Of a stretch of DNA of 33,177 bases, positions 15,396-24,040 are shown one piece after another. A model generated the notes under the pieces. The model worked only from the letters and a program-made list of their open reading frames with translations. It made no database searches and was not told the DNA's origin. Position numbers and translations under genes: made by a program. How positions within the stretch are numbered: position 1 is the first letter of the stretch; each line of letters opens with the position of its first letter. Source of the stretch: a virus. Its lineage: Duplodnaviria; Heunggongvirae; Uroviricota; Caudoviricetes. Where the stretch lies: the IMG/VR virus record IMGVR_UViG_3300010352_001127; one strand, given 5' to 3'.

Positions 15396-16310
15396 GTGAT
15401 AACATTCGAAGAATTTCTTTTAGAATATAAAAAAGAAGATGTAGAATTATTAAATAAATTAGATGATTATTTCACTATTGGATTTGAAATAGAAATAGAT
15501 TCAACCAAAGTAAAAGAATCATGGCCTTTATATCCATCAATAACAAATAGACTTTTATTTCAAAAATTCGAAAAAACTTTTCCATCTCTTTATAAGAAAT
15601 ATAAAGATAGAATATCTCTACACTACGATGAGTCTGTGCCGAATGGAATAGAAATAGTAAATTCTACATTCGATAAAGAAACATATCCACAAACCACTCC
15701 AAAACCATTTAATAGCTTAAAAGAAGGAATTGATTATATAAATACTTTTTTCGATGATTATGAAAATCAAAATTATTGGATATTTGATAATCACACTTCT
15801 ATTCACATAAATATAGGAACTAAAAAATCTATGAAATGGAATGTGGTTAAAGGAATAATGATGTTATCCGATGAATTTGCTTTTAAAGGAATTGAGGATA
15901 GAAAAACATCAGGTTATTGTAAAAGTTTGAAAAACAAATTATCTATATTTTTAGAAAAATATTTTAAAAATCCTACACATTTTTGGAGAAAAGAAATTCT
16001 TTTGAATTCAAGCGAAACCAACATAGAAAAAATAGAAAGTGGAATAGTTAATATTCTTCTTCGTAGAGGATCTCTTATCAATAAAGGTTTGGATAGAACT
16101 TATGGCATAAATTTATCGAACATTTTAATGGAGGAAAATAAATATGTGGAATTTCGTCATGTTGGCGGACCTAACATTAACAGAGAAATGATAACAGATA
16201 AAATAAAATATTTTGCTTATGTTACATATTTGATGACAAGCGATTATAGACATAATGAATATGTAAGAAAGTTATTTAGTTTTATAAATAAATGTAAAAA
16301 TGGAAATTAA
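15396..16310 (+). CDS. Putative amidoligase (COOH-NH2 ligase type 2)
   Basis: IGFEIEI, YDESV..GIEIV, TSIHINI, YVEFRH motifs. Confidence 0.75.
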   Translation: MITFEEFLLEYKKEDVELLNKLDDYFTIGFEIEIDSTKVKESWPLYPSITNRLLFQKFEKTFPSLYKKYKDRISLHYDESVPNGIEIVNSTFDKETYPQTTPKPFNSLKEGIDYINTFFDDYENQNYWIFDNHTSIHINIGTKKSMKWNVVKGIMMLSDEFAFKGIEDRKTSGYCKSLKNKLSIFLEKYFKNPTHFWRKEILLNSSETNIEKIESGIVNILLRRGSLINKGLDRTYGINLSNILMEENKYVEFRHVGGPNINREMITDKIKYFAYVTYLMTSDYRHNEYVRKLFSFINKCKNGN

Positions 16311-16322
16311 TATATAATTGAA

Positions 16323-17132
16323 ATGCCTAAAGAATTCAGAAATATTGACAAATTTTGTGAATGTTGCGGGAAACAATTAAAATTGAACAATTCTAGAGAT
16401 ATTCAACGAAAAAGATTTTGTAGTCGTGAATGTAACGGTTCTTCACAACTAAAAAGATTATGGAAGGATGAGAAATTTGCAACCAAAATAATATCATTAT
16501 CATCTAAACCCAATCCAAGAAAAGCTAGTAAAAATTTCAAAATACCGGTTGTTAAATGTAATAATTGTGGAAAAGAAATAAGAAAAAGAATTGGTAAGAG
16601 TGGACTTGTTTATTGTAATAGAGGATGTTATGACATGTATAGAAAAAATAATATAGTTCCAAGAGAAGATAATAGGAAAAAAATGTTGCTTAAATGTGTA
16701 ATATGTGATAAAGAATACGAAAAACATCCATCTACATCTAAAAACTCCAAATATTGTAGTGTTCAATGTCATAATATAGGAAATTATTTAAATATGCCAA
16801 AAAAGGATACAAAAATTGAAAAAATAATAGATGACAATTTAAAAAAATTAAAAATTGAATATAAAAAACAAAAGCAGATATCTAATAAAACTGTATCTGA
16901 TTTCTTTATAGAACCAAACATACTAATATATGCCGATGGAGATTACTGGCATAATCTGATTAAAAACAAAGAGAAAGATATTATCATCAACGATTATTTA
17001 AAAAATAATGGATACAAAGTTCTTAGATATACAGAGAATGATATCATCAATAATATAGAATTTGTTATGAATGATATAAAAAATAATATTAAAATAAAAT
17101 GCCAGCAGCCAGTCAGCAACAAAGAGGATTAA
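16323..17132 (+). CDS. Putative homing endonuclease: Zn-finger repeats plus DUF559/Vsr-like domain
   Basis: Repeated C..C...FCS..C; TKIEKII...SDFF...ADGDYWH...NGYKVLRYTENDI. Confidence 0.75.
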   Translation: MPKEFRNIDKFCECCGKQLKLNNSRDIQRKRFCSRECNGSSQLKRLWKDEKFATKIISLSSKPNPRKASKNFKIPVVKCNNCGKEIRKRIGKSGLVYCNRGCYDMYRKNNIVPREDNRKKMLLKCVICDKEYEKHPSTSKNSKYCSVQCHNIGNYLNMPKKDTKIEKIIDDNLKKLKIEYKKQKQISNKTVSDFFIEPNILIYADGDYWHNLIKNKEKDIIINDYLKNNGYKVLRYTENDIINNIEFVMNDIKNNIKIKCQQPVSNKED

Positions 17133-17617
17133 TATTCGGTAAAAGAAACCAATACGGATCCATAGAAAACACACCAAAAAAATGGAAATGGGTATGGGAA
17201 GAAGGATGGGAGAATAAAGGAAAACTCCCAAAATATAAAAAGAAGAAAAAGAAATTGAATGAAAGTAAAATCATTACTTTTACTCAAATGATAAACGAAC
17301 TTTATTCTAAATTAAACGAAGGTTATTATGATGATATCAACGGATGGATTTCCACATCACAAAATAACTCTGGGTTTAAAGACAACGATCAAGTGCAAAC
17401 ATCAGATGGTAAGTATAAAGGAACAGTTTACGATGTCATGGTTTCTCCAGATAAAAAGGATATTTGCGTAGTTGTCAAATGGACTAATGGAACAGTTACC
17501 AAATATGGTAGGATGGATAGAAATAAAGAACTTGGAAAAGATTGGGGTGATATAACTACAATAAAGAAATTGAATGAAAGTAAAATTCTTACATTTAATG
17601 ATATAATAGAAAGTTAA
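17099..17617 (+). CDS. Hypothetical, possibly virion-associated, protein with duplicated KKLNESKI motif
   Basis: ORF; 24-nt exact direct repeat at 17248-17271 and 17563-17586. Confidence 0.7.
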   Translation: MPAASQQQRGLIFGKRNQYGSIENTPKKWKWVWEEGWENKGKLPKYKKKKKKLNESKIITFTQMINELYSKLNEGYYDDINGWISTSQNNSGFKDNDQVQTSDGKYKGTVYDVMVSPDKKDICVVVKWTNGTVTKYGRMDRNKELGKDWGDITTIKKLNESKILTFNDIIES

Positions 17618-17618
17618 A

Positions 17619-17646
17619 AAAAAAGAGGTCAATCGACCTCTTTTTT
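17619..17646. terminator. Bidirectional intrinsic terminator between convergent genes
   Basis: AAAAAAGAGGTC-AATC-GACCTCTTTTTT. Confidence 0.8.
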
Positions 17647-17913
17647 GTTTAAAACAAAACCTTTAATAACTATTCTATCTGGATTTTCCTTTTCACAAGG
17701 AAATTCTTTAACAGCTTTTAATATAGCACCGTTGATTTTAATATTTCTAGCTTCAACGTGTTTGATTCTAAATCCCAAGAAATAAGTAGTCTCATCTATA
17801 TCAATCACATCAAATGGTTTGAATCCAACAGTTCTCCTTAAAGTAAAGTTAGAAACTTTTCCGCAGATTTTCTTGAAAAAGTTTTCTCCGAATATATTTT
17901 TTAAATTTTTCAT
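17629..17913 (-). CDS. Hypothetical protein
   Basis: ORF preceded by a TATCTTTG (-7-like) element at 17938-17945. Confidence 0.6.
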   Translation of the reverse strand: MKNLKNIFGENFFKKICGKVSNFTLRRTVGFKPFDVIDIDETTYFLGFRIKHVEARNIKINGAILKAVKEFPCEKENPDRIVIKGFVLNKKEVD

Positions 17914-18082
17914 AGTTTTGCGTTTTTTTTTCTAATACAAAGATACGCTCGAAACTTCGAATAAAAAAATTTACAAAAAAAATTAAAGAATTGAAAATCA
18001 ATTGATTAGTCTTTAATTATAAAAATATGAAAATATAAACAATTGATTTATAGACAATTGTTATTTAGAATCAATAAAAATT

Positions 18083-18898
18083 TCAGTAGTTCATTATAAG
18101 TAATTCAGTGCCTTTGGTTAGTGCCTTACCAGCCTTAGCCATCGCGGCTTTAGCGAAATCCTTCTGTTGCCAAGCGAATTCATTCTTTGGATACCAGACT
18201 TCTAATTCGTCAAAATAATAATAAGATAGCGAAAATTTTCCTTGCATTGATTTTAAGGTGTTTGCAAGACGCGAATGATCGTCTTTTCCAAAATCGTGTT
18301 TAGAATAATATTTTTCTGTTTTGTAATATGGTGGGTCGTTATAATTATAAGTCAATTTACCATCATATTTTTTTGTGCACTCTTCAAAATCGAGATTTTC
18401 TACATCTGTTATTTTATCAATATATTTTGTCCATTTTGGATTATTTAATTTATCCATAAATGTATAAAACTTTGAGCGATATTTACCTTTAAGATCAATG
18501 AAATTAGAGGTCTCTGGTTTACTACCCGAAAAGACTTGCGTGACAACATAGATATATTCTAGACCTAGTTGAAAATCTGGATTATCGACATCAAATTTAA
18601 AATCATCATTAAAACAATGTCTCTGATATTCTACAAATCTATCTTTTTCTTGAGCTGGAATATCTTTTATAAATTCATGAAAATCTTTATGTTGTTTTAT
18701 ACATGAAAACAAATTAGAATTTAATTTATTATAATCATTATACACAACACGTTCTAAATTCTTAAATTTATCTAAATCTAAATTAAAATAAACCCAAAAA
18801 GCTCCAGAAAAATTCTCAACATATGTATTTATATCAGTTGGAATATATTCTTGAATCCAACCGCCAATAGTACTCTTACCTCCAATATAAGAAAACAT
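18083..18898 (-). CDS. dam: Orphan Dam-like DNA adenine methyltransferase (D12 class)
   Basis: FSYIGGKS, YVENFSG, VYNDYN, NDPPYY motifs. Confidence 0.88.
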   Translation of the reverse strand: MFSYIGGKSTIGGWIQEYIPTDINTYVENFSGAFWVYFNLDLDKFKNLERVVYNDYNKLNSNLFSCIKQHKDFHEFIKDIPAQEKDRFVEYQRHCFNDDFKFDVDNPDFQLGLEYIYVVTQVFSGSKPETSNFIDLKGKYRSKFYTFMDKLNNPKWTKYIDKITDVENLDFEECTKKYDGKLTYNYNDPPYYKTEKYYSKHDFGKDDHSRLANTLKSMQGKFSLSYYYFDELEVWYPKNEFAWQQKDFAKAAMAKAGKALTKGTELLIMNY

Positions 18899-18907
18899 AA
18901 TTCATTT

Positions 18908-20026
18908 TTATTTTTTTAAAAAAGAGAAGTCATATCCTTTATGAAGCTCTTTTAATGTGTTATATAATAAATTTATAGTATCTTCAACATCTCTTGTATG
19001 AACCATTTCTACTTTTGTATGCATATATCTCAAAGGTATTGAAACCAAAGCTGTTATAATACCATGACTCGCATAATTATCAGCATCAGTTCCAGTTGAT
19101 TTTCCAAGAGCTTTTCTTTGATACTTTATCTTATTATTTATAGCAACTTTTTCTAAAAGTTCAACAAATTTTGGATGAGTTGTAGTAGCAAAAGTCAAAA
19201 TCGGACCTTTACCACACACAATATTGCCACTCTTCTTTTTATTCATCATTGGTGTTGATGTATCGTGAGTAACATCAATCACAATAGATAAATCCGGTTT
19301 ATAGTTTTGACATATCATCGATGCTCCACGCAATCCAACTTCTTCTTGTACAACATTGGCAAACAACATAGACATGCGTGTTTTTTCTATTATTTCATCA
19401 GAAGTATCAGTAGAATTAATTTTGGATTCATCCTCTTTGATTTTTTTGAGAACTTCCAATAAAATATATCCACCTATTTTATTATCCAGCCCTTTACCTG
19501 TGTAATAATTACCAACGATCTGAAAATTAGATGGATATGTTACAAGACATCCAGTTTTTACTCCCATTTTTGCGAGCTCTTTTCTTGATCCTACGCCACA
19601 ATCAATAAATATATTTTCTATTGTAGGTTGAGTTTCTTTTGAAGCGTCGCGTGTATGAATAGCAGGCCAGCCAAATATACCATCAACCATACCTTTACCT
19701 GTATGGATTTTTACTCTACTCGATGGAGCTATTTGATGATCGGCATTACCATTTTTAATGACATAAATTAAACCATCTTCTGTTATAAGGTTCACTCTAT
19801 AAGATACCTCATCCACATGTGATTCTAACAGAACACTTCCATTAAAACCGTTTTTCTTAGCTATGACATTGCCGTAATTTTCTACAACAATTTCATTTGC
19901 ATATTTTTTAACTTCATCTATCCATAGTTGCTGAGCGGGCATTTCAGCCCCACTAGGCGAATAACTATTCACATACTTTTCTAAAAATAATTCGTTCATA
20001 TTAATTGCATTTACAAGGTTTAACAT
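18908..20026 (-). CDS. M42 family metallopeptidase (start may be the internal Met at 19999)
   Basis: SPSGAE, SHVDEV, LDNKIG, QEEVGLRGA, IDVTH, SIPLRYMH motifs. Confidence 0.92.
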   Translation of the reverse strand: MLNLVNAINMNELFLEKYVNSYSPSGAEMPAQQLWIDEVKKYANEIVVENYGNVIAKKNGFNGSVLLESHVDEVSYRVNLITEDGLIYVIKNGNADHQIAPSSRVKIHTGKGMVDGIFGWPAIHTRDASKETQPTIENIFIDCGVGSRKELAKMGVKTGCLVTYPSNFQIVGNYYTGKGLDNKIGGYILLEVLKKIKEDESKINSTDTSDEIIEKTRMSMLFANVVQEEVGLRGASMICQNYKPDLSIVIDVTHDTSTPMMNKKKSGNIVCGKGPILTFATTTHPKFVELLEKVAINNKIKYQRKALGKSTGTDADNYASHGIITALVSIPLRYMHTKVEMVHTRDVEDTINLLYNTLKELHKGYDFSFLKK

Positions 20027-20297
20027 TAACTATAAAAAAATCTCCAACCTCATCGTTATAATTTTTTGTGACTTGATAAAACTTTTTTTTATCCAGTAGA
20101 AATAACATGTCGTGTTTATTAGGTCTTACACTGGAAGGAAAATCTTTTCTATGAAGAAAAATGTCTATGTTGTCTCCGAGAGTTGTTCCATCAGATGAAT
20201 AGGCATTCACTTTAAACTTATCCGTTATATCATATTCATATCCATTATTGGATTTTTTAGTAGAGTAATAATCTACCAAGAATTTATTGTCGTTCAT
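20001..20297 (-). CDS. Hypothetical protein
   Basis: ORF in overlapping operon. Confidence 0.6.
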   Translation of the reverse strand: MNDNKFLVDYYSTKKSNNGYEYDITDKFKVNAYSSDGTTLGDNIDIFLHRKDFPSSVRPNKHDMLFLLDKKKFYQVTKNYNDEVGDFFIVNVKPCKCN

Positions 20298-20541
20298 TTT
20301 TCTTTTCGTATTTTAATTTTATATTATTCAATATTATCTGCATTTTACTTATAACTTCAACATAATCTTGAAGTAAATAATCTAAATTAGCTTCTTTATT
20401 ATTTTCTATAATGAAAGTAAATGAAGCTAAAATCGCTTTATAATGAACATATTCTATCAGTTCCTTGATATTCTCTTTTTCAAATGGAACATTTTCAAGG
20501 AACTGATAAATATCTTCGCTAAGTTCAAAATTTTTTTTCAC
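20284..20541 (-). CDS. Hypothetical protein
   Basis: ORF in overlapping operon. Confidence 0.6.
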   Translation of the reverse strand: MKKNFELSEDIYQFLENVPFEKENIKELIEYVHYKAILASFTFIIENNKEANLDYLLQDYVEVISKMQIILNNIKLKYEKKNERQ

Positions 20542-20882
20542 TCTTCAAAATATTTCCCAATAAATTTTTTCAATTCATTCTTAGGAAAAGCGCCAGTGTG
20601 CATAATAGGTTTTCCTTCTATTGGAATAAATAATATGGATGGAATACTTCTTATATTAAAAGTACTCGATAAATCATATTCTTCATCTACATCTACTTTA
20701 TATAAAGTAAAATTCCCCTCTCTTTCTAACTCTTCTAAAACTGGAGCCACCATCTTACAAGGTCCACACCACTCTGCATAAAAATCTATAATAACAGGCT
20801 TATTCCCCTTAAATTTAAAATCCTTATCTTTTTCAAAATCATAAATAATCTCTTTAAAATCTTTAGTAGTAATTTTCTTCAT
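20538..20882 (-). CDS. trxA: Thioredoxin
   Basis: IIDFYAEWCGPCK active site, IRSIPS cis-Pro motif. Confidence 0.95.
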   Translation of the reverse strand: MKKITTKDFKEIIYDFEKDKDFKFKGNKPVIIDFYAEWCGPCKMVAPVLEELEREGNFTLYKVDVDEEYDLSSTFNIRSIPSILFIPIEGKPIMHTGAFPKNELKKFIGKYFEE

Positions 20883-20931
20883 AATTCAAATCATTATTTT
20901 TTTTATTGTATTAAATTTTACAATAATTGTT

Positions 20932-21087
20932 TTAAACATTTCCAGGTTTACAATTTTGATATTCATCAAATAAAACTCCAGTTTTTGTTATTGTAATTCT
21001 ATTTTCAATAATAAATGGTTCTTCAGTTTTTTCAATATAAATATCGACAATTCCGTCTTTTTCTTCGACTTTAACTATCTTATCCAT
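20932..21087 (-). CDS. 51-aa hypothetical protein (not in ORF track)
   Basis: MDKIVKVEEKDGIVDIYIEKTEEPFIIENRITITKTGVLFDEYQNCKPGNV*, overlaps the stop of the upstream ORF. Confidence 0.55.
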   Translation of the reverse strand: MDKIVKVEEKDGIVDIYIEKTEEPFIIENRITITKTGVLFDEYQNCKPGNV

Positions 21088-21316
21088 TGTTTTTCTTATT
21101 TTTTTCCTTCCCTATAGAGAACAAATTTTTCCATAAAGATTTCTTTTTTGGTGGGGGATTTGGCGTCAACCCCTTTTCAGTAACCGTCCAACTTGATGGT
21201 TTGCCTCCCTTTTCATAACCCCAAGTGCAAAAACCGCCACATTCACATCTGTTTTTGTAAGCTGGTTCCCAAGGCTCTCCACAAATAACGCATATTAATT
21301 TTTTATCGTTTTCCAT
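21080..21316 (-). CDS. Small Zn-ribbon protein
   Basis: CVIC...CECGGFC. Confidence 0.65.
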   Translation of the reverse strand: MENDKKLICVICGEPWEPAYKNRCECGGFCTWGYEKGGKPSSWTVTEKGLTPNPPPKKKSLWKNLFSIGKEKNKKNNG

Positions 21317-21347
21317 TACTTTTTCTCCTAAATATTTTTATTATTTT

Positions 21348-21794
21348 TTATGAGTACATACTTAAATAATCAAATCTAACGCCTATTTCATATCTTTCAA
21401 GTAGTTCGTTTGTTCGATAAATCATCCTAGAATTATGAAAAACTAATTTTTGTATAACACATCCTTCTTTGGAAAATTTTTCTATTGTGATTGTCGGTAA
21501 TTTAATCTTACTTCTTTCACACGCTTCGAATATTTTCGACATTCTGATGTATGCTTCTTTTTCCTTAAATTTTATATTTTTTTCATAAATTTCATTTCTT
21601 ACCGGAGCATATCTTGTTGAATTCTTATAAGAATATTCAACTCTATTTATTTCAAAATGAGTATCCATTTCTATTGGATAATGTTCATATCCTAATCTTA
21701 AATATAATCCTTCAACTAATTCTTCTTTTACATCGTCTTCGACGAACTCGTCATCTTCGAATTGTCCATCGCTATACCATTTGATCTTACTCAT
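21348..21794 (-). CDS. Hypothetical protein
   Basis: ORF in the co-directional run. Confidence 0.65.
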   Translation of the reverse strand: MSKIKWYSDGQFEDDEFVEDDVKEELVEGLYLRLGYEHYPIEMDTHFEINRVEYSYKNSTRYAPVRNEIYEKNIKFKEKEAYIRMSKIFEACERSKIKLPTITIEKFSKEGCVIQKLVFHNSRMIYRTNELLERYEIGVRFDYLSMYS

Positions 21795-21800
21795 AATATT

Positions 21801-22361
21801 TTATTTTAAATTTAATTCTTTTTCTCCAAAAACTTCAGCTTCATATGTAAATATGTCAGCATCTTTCCAATCATTCCACCCAAGACCCATTTTATCTTGT
21901 GAACAATGACCTAAAAATTCCATAAGCGACCAACCAGTTTCAGTAGCCACTTGTGGTAAAAATGTTCCACTTCTACCATGTTTAGTCATAAAAATTCCAT
22001 GTTTTCCAATCTCTATATCATTAACATCTGTTATTCTTCTAAACGGAGTAAGTACTGATATTTCAATATCAATTTCATTCATCTCATCTATTCTAACTGG
22101 CGGAAATCTGTCGTCTTGAAACGCAGATTGTATGGCGGTATCATGAACTGCTTTATATAATTCATAATCTGAGTTGAATCTTCCTGTACAACCTCTTAAC
22201 ATACCGTTTTTATGTAAAGTTACAAAGGATCCACAATGAGCTTGTAAAATTTTTGTTTCTGATAGTGGTGAGTATTTTACATGATTTAAAGTTGCATCTA
22301 TTGTTTCTCTTGCAATTTTTAATAATTCTATTCTGTCTTTATCGGTAAATCTCATAAACAA
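21801..22361 (-). CDS. amrA: AMMECR1-domain protein (AmmeMemoRadiSam protein A-like)
   Basis: GSFVTL...LRGCTG, DDRFPPV, EISVLTP, GTFLPQVA motifs. Confidence 0.9.
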   Translation of the reverse strand: MFMRFTDKDRIELLKIARETIDATLNHVKYSPLSETKILQAHCGSFVTLHKNGMLRGCTGRFNSDYELYKAVHDTAIQSAFQDDRFPPVRIDEMNEIDIEISVLTPFRRITDVNDIEIGKHGIFMTKHGRSGTFLPQVATETGWSLMEFLGHCSQDKMGLGWNDWKDADIFTYEAEVFGEKELNLK

Positions 22362-22559
22362 AATCCCTTTTTATATATTAATTTTTTTTCTTCGAAACAC
22401 CCGAAAACCAATTTATTTTTTATAAAATAATATTCCCGAAATGCCCTACAACACTATCATTTACAGCAAATGATACTTCAATGATCTTTAATTATATTTT
22501 TATATAAATTGAACCTTTTTATTTAATATATAATATTAAATTAGAGTTGTTTAAATAAT

Positions 22560-22868
22560 ATGGATTTCATAATATTTCTTTTAGCCACTATAGGATTTAC
22601 ATTAATAATAAACGTTTCTTTTTTGTTTAAGGCAATAAGAGATTGGACTAAAAATAAAAATAAGTATTTATCTAAATTAGTTACCTGTAGTCAATGTGCT
22701 GGTTTTTGGGCATCTTTAATAGTTCAATTTATAATTTTGATACATCAAAGAATGGCATTTGCTTTCTATTGGTGTGATTTATATTATATACTTTATGGAT
22801 TTATAGGTAGTTTTGTTTGTTATTTAACATATCTTTTAATCAAACCTTTAATAGATAAATTTGATTAA
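22560..22868 (+). CDS. DUF1360-like membrane protein
   Basis: TM segments around the LVTCSQCAGFWA motif. Confidence 0.7.
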   Translation: MDFIIFLLATIGFTLIINVSFLFKAIRDWTKNKNKYLSKLVTCSQCAGFWASLIVQFIILIHQRMAFAFYWCDLYYILYGFIGSFVCYLTYLLIKPLIDKFD

Positions 22869-23119
22869 CTTAACATTTTATCAATTAATTTTGTTCGTTT
22901 TCTAGCAAGCTTCTCTTCTTTTGTTATAAAAAGTATATTTTTCAGAATTCCAAACCACCCACAATCCAGGCAAACATAAGCTTTTTCACTAAACTCCTTT
23001 CTTTCCATTATCCATAAAGAAGATTTTAAACATTTATTACCATCTCTCTCAAAATTGTCAGATAAACAATTTGGACAATACAGATGAAATTTTTGTCCTT
23101 TGAAAGGACCTAAAGGCAT
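22865..23119 (-). CDS. Zn-ribbon hypothetical protein
   Basis: CPNC...C..CGW; GGAGG upstream. Confidence 0.65.
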   Translation of the reverse strand: MPLGPFKGQKFHLYCPNCLSDNFERDGNKCLKSSLWIMERKEFSEKAYVCLDCGWFGILKNILFITKEEKLARKRTKLIDKMLS

Positions 23120-23318
23120 ATTAAACCTCCCAATTTTCTTTTAGATTTGAAAATTAAATATTTATAAAAATCATGCAAAATCATGATATATACTATTACT
23201 TTATTATTTATTATATTTTTTCCGGCCGGCATCCATTCGAACAATGCGCAGTTGGTCTTAAAAAATATCTTATTGTTGCTAATTCTCTCATGATTTTTCT
23301 TTTATTTTATATATTAAT

Positions 23319-23978
23319 TTAGAGTTTCAAATTTTTAGTATTATTCTTAAATCTTTCTTCGATAAAGGAATAATTAACATCCTTTTTTTCTATATCAGAA
23401 TAAGAAGCTATTTGTGTAGCTATTATCGGATTAACCAATAAACATATATTTTTTCTTTGAAAATAACTAGCCATGAAAACATCTAGTGTGTCTTGAAATT
23501 CAATTTTTTCTAATCCATCATATTTTCTAATAAAAAAATCGTATGTTTTATGATTATAACAAAAAGCATGACAAGCAAATGCGTTTTTAAGTAGAAGTAT
23601 ATTTGGTTTTGATTTTGTTATGAATTGAAGTGGTTCGTGAGTATTCGCTCCTAAATAAAACAACCACCAATCTAAATTTCCTATTTGAGATATAGATTTT
23701 TCTAAAATTTCTACGGAATTATTTATAAAATGAACGTCATCTTCAAAAACCAGAACATTTTTTAATCCTTTTTCTTTAGCCATTTTAATAATAGCTAAAT
23801 TTGATTTTACTACACCTAGACGACCATCATTTTCTTTAATAGCTGAAAAACGTTGAACTCTTGGCAACACACCCACATTATCAAATTCTTTTTGAACTCT
23901 ATCCCATCTATCAGTTCTATGATCTAAATTTATGCAATAAATTTCTTCAAAGAAATCCCAAACTTTATTATATTCCAT
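23319..23978 (-). CDS. Glycosyltransferase family 25
   Basis: IYCINLDHRTDRW, RFSAI, LVFEDDV motifs. Confidence 0.88.
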   Translation of the reverse strand: MEYNKVWDFFEEIYCINLDHRTDRWDRVQKEFDNVGVLPRVQRFSAIKENDGRLGVVKSNLAIIKMAKEKGLKNVLVFEDDVHFINNSVEILEKSISQIGNLDWWLFYLGANTHEPLQFITKSKPNILLLKNAFACHAFCYNHKTYDFFIRKYDGLEKIEFQDTLDVFMASYFQRKNICLLVNPIIATQIASYSDIEKKDVNYSFIEERFKNNTKNLKL

Positions 23979-24040
23979 GGCACAATAATTTATTTTATAA
24001 TAAAATTTATATTAAAAACAATATTAAAAGTTTATTAATG

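Noticed and set aside
22455-22475. TATCATTT-ACAGC-AAATGATA hairpin containing ACAGCAA
   Set aside because: It lacks the RGAATAC stem, anticodon loop and tRNA context of the two elements; may be chance
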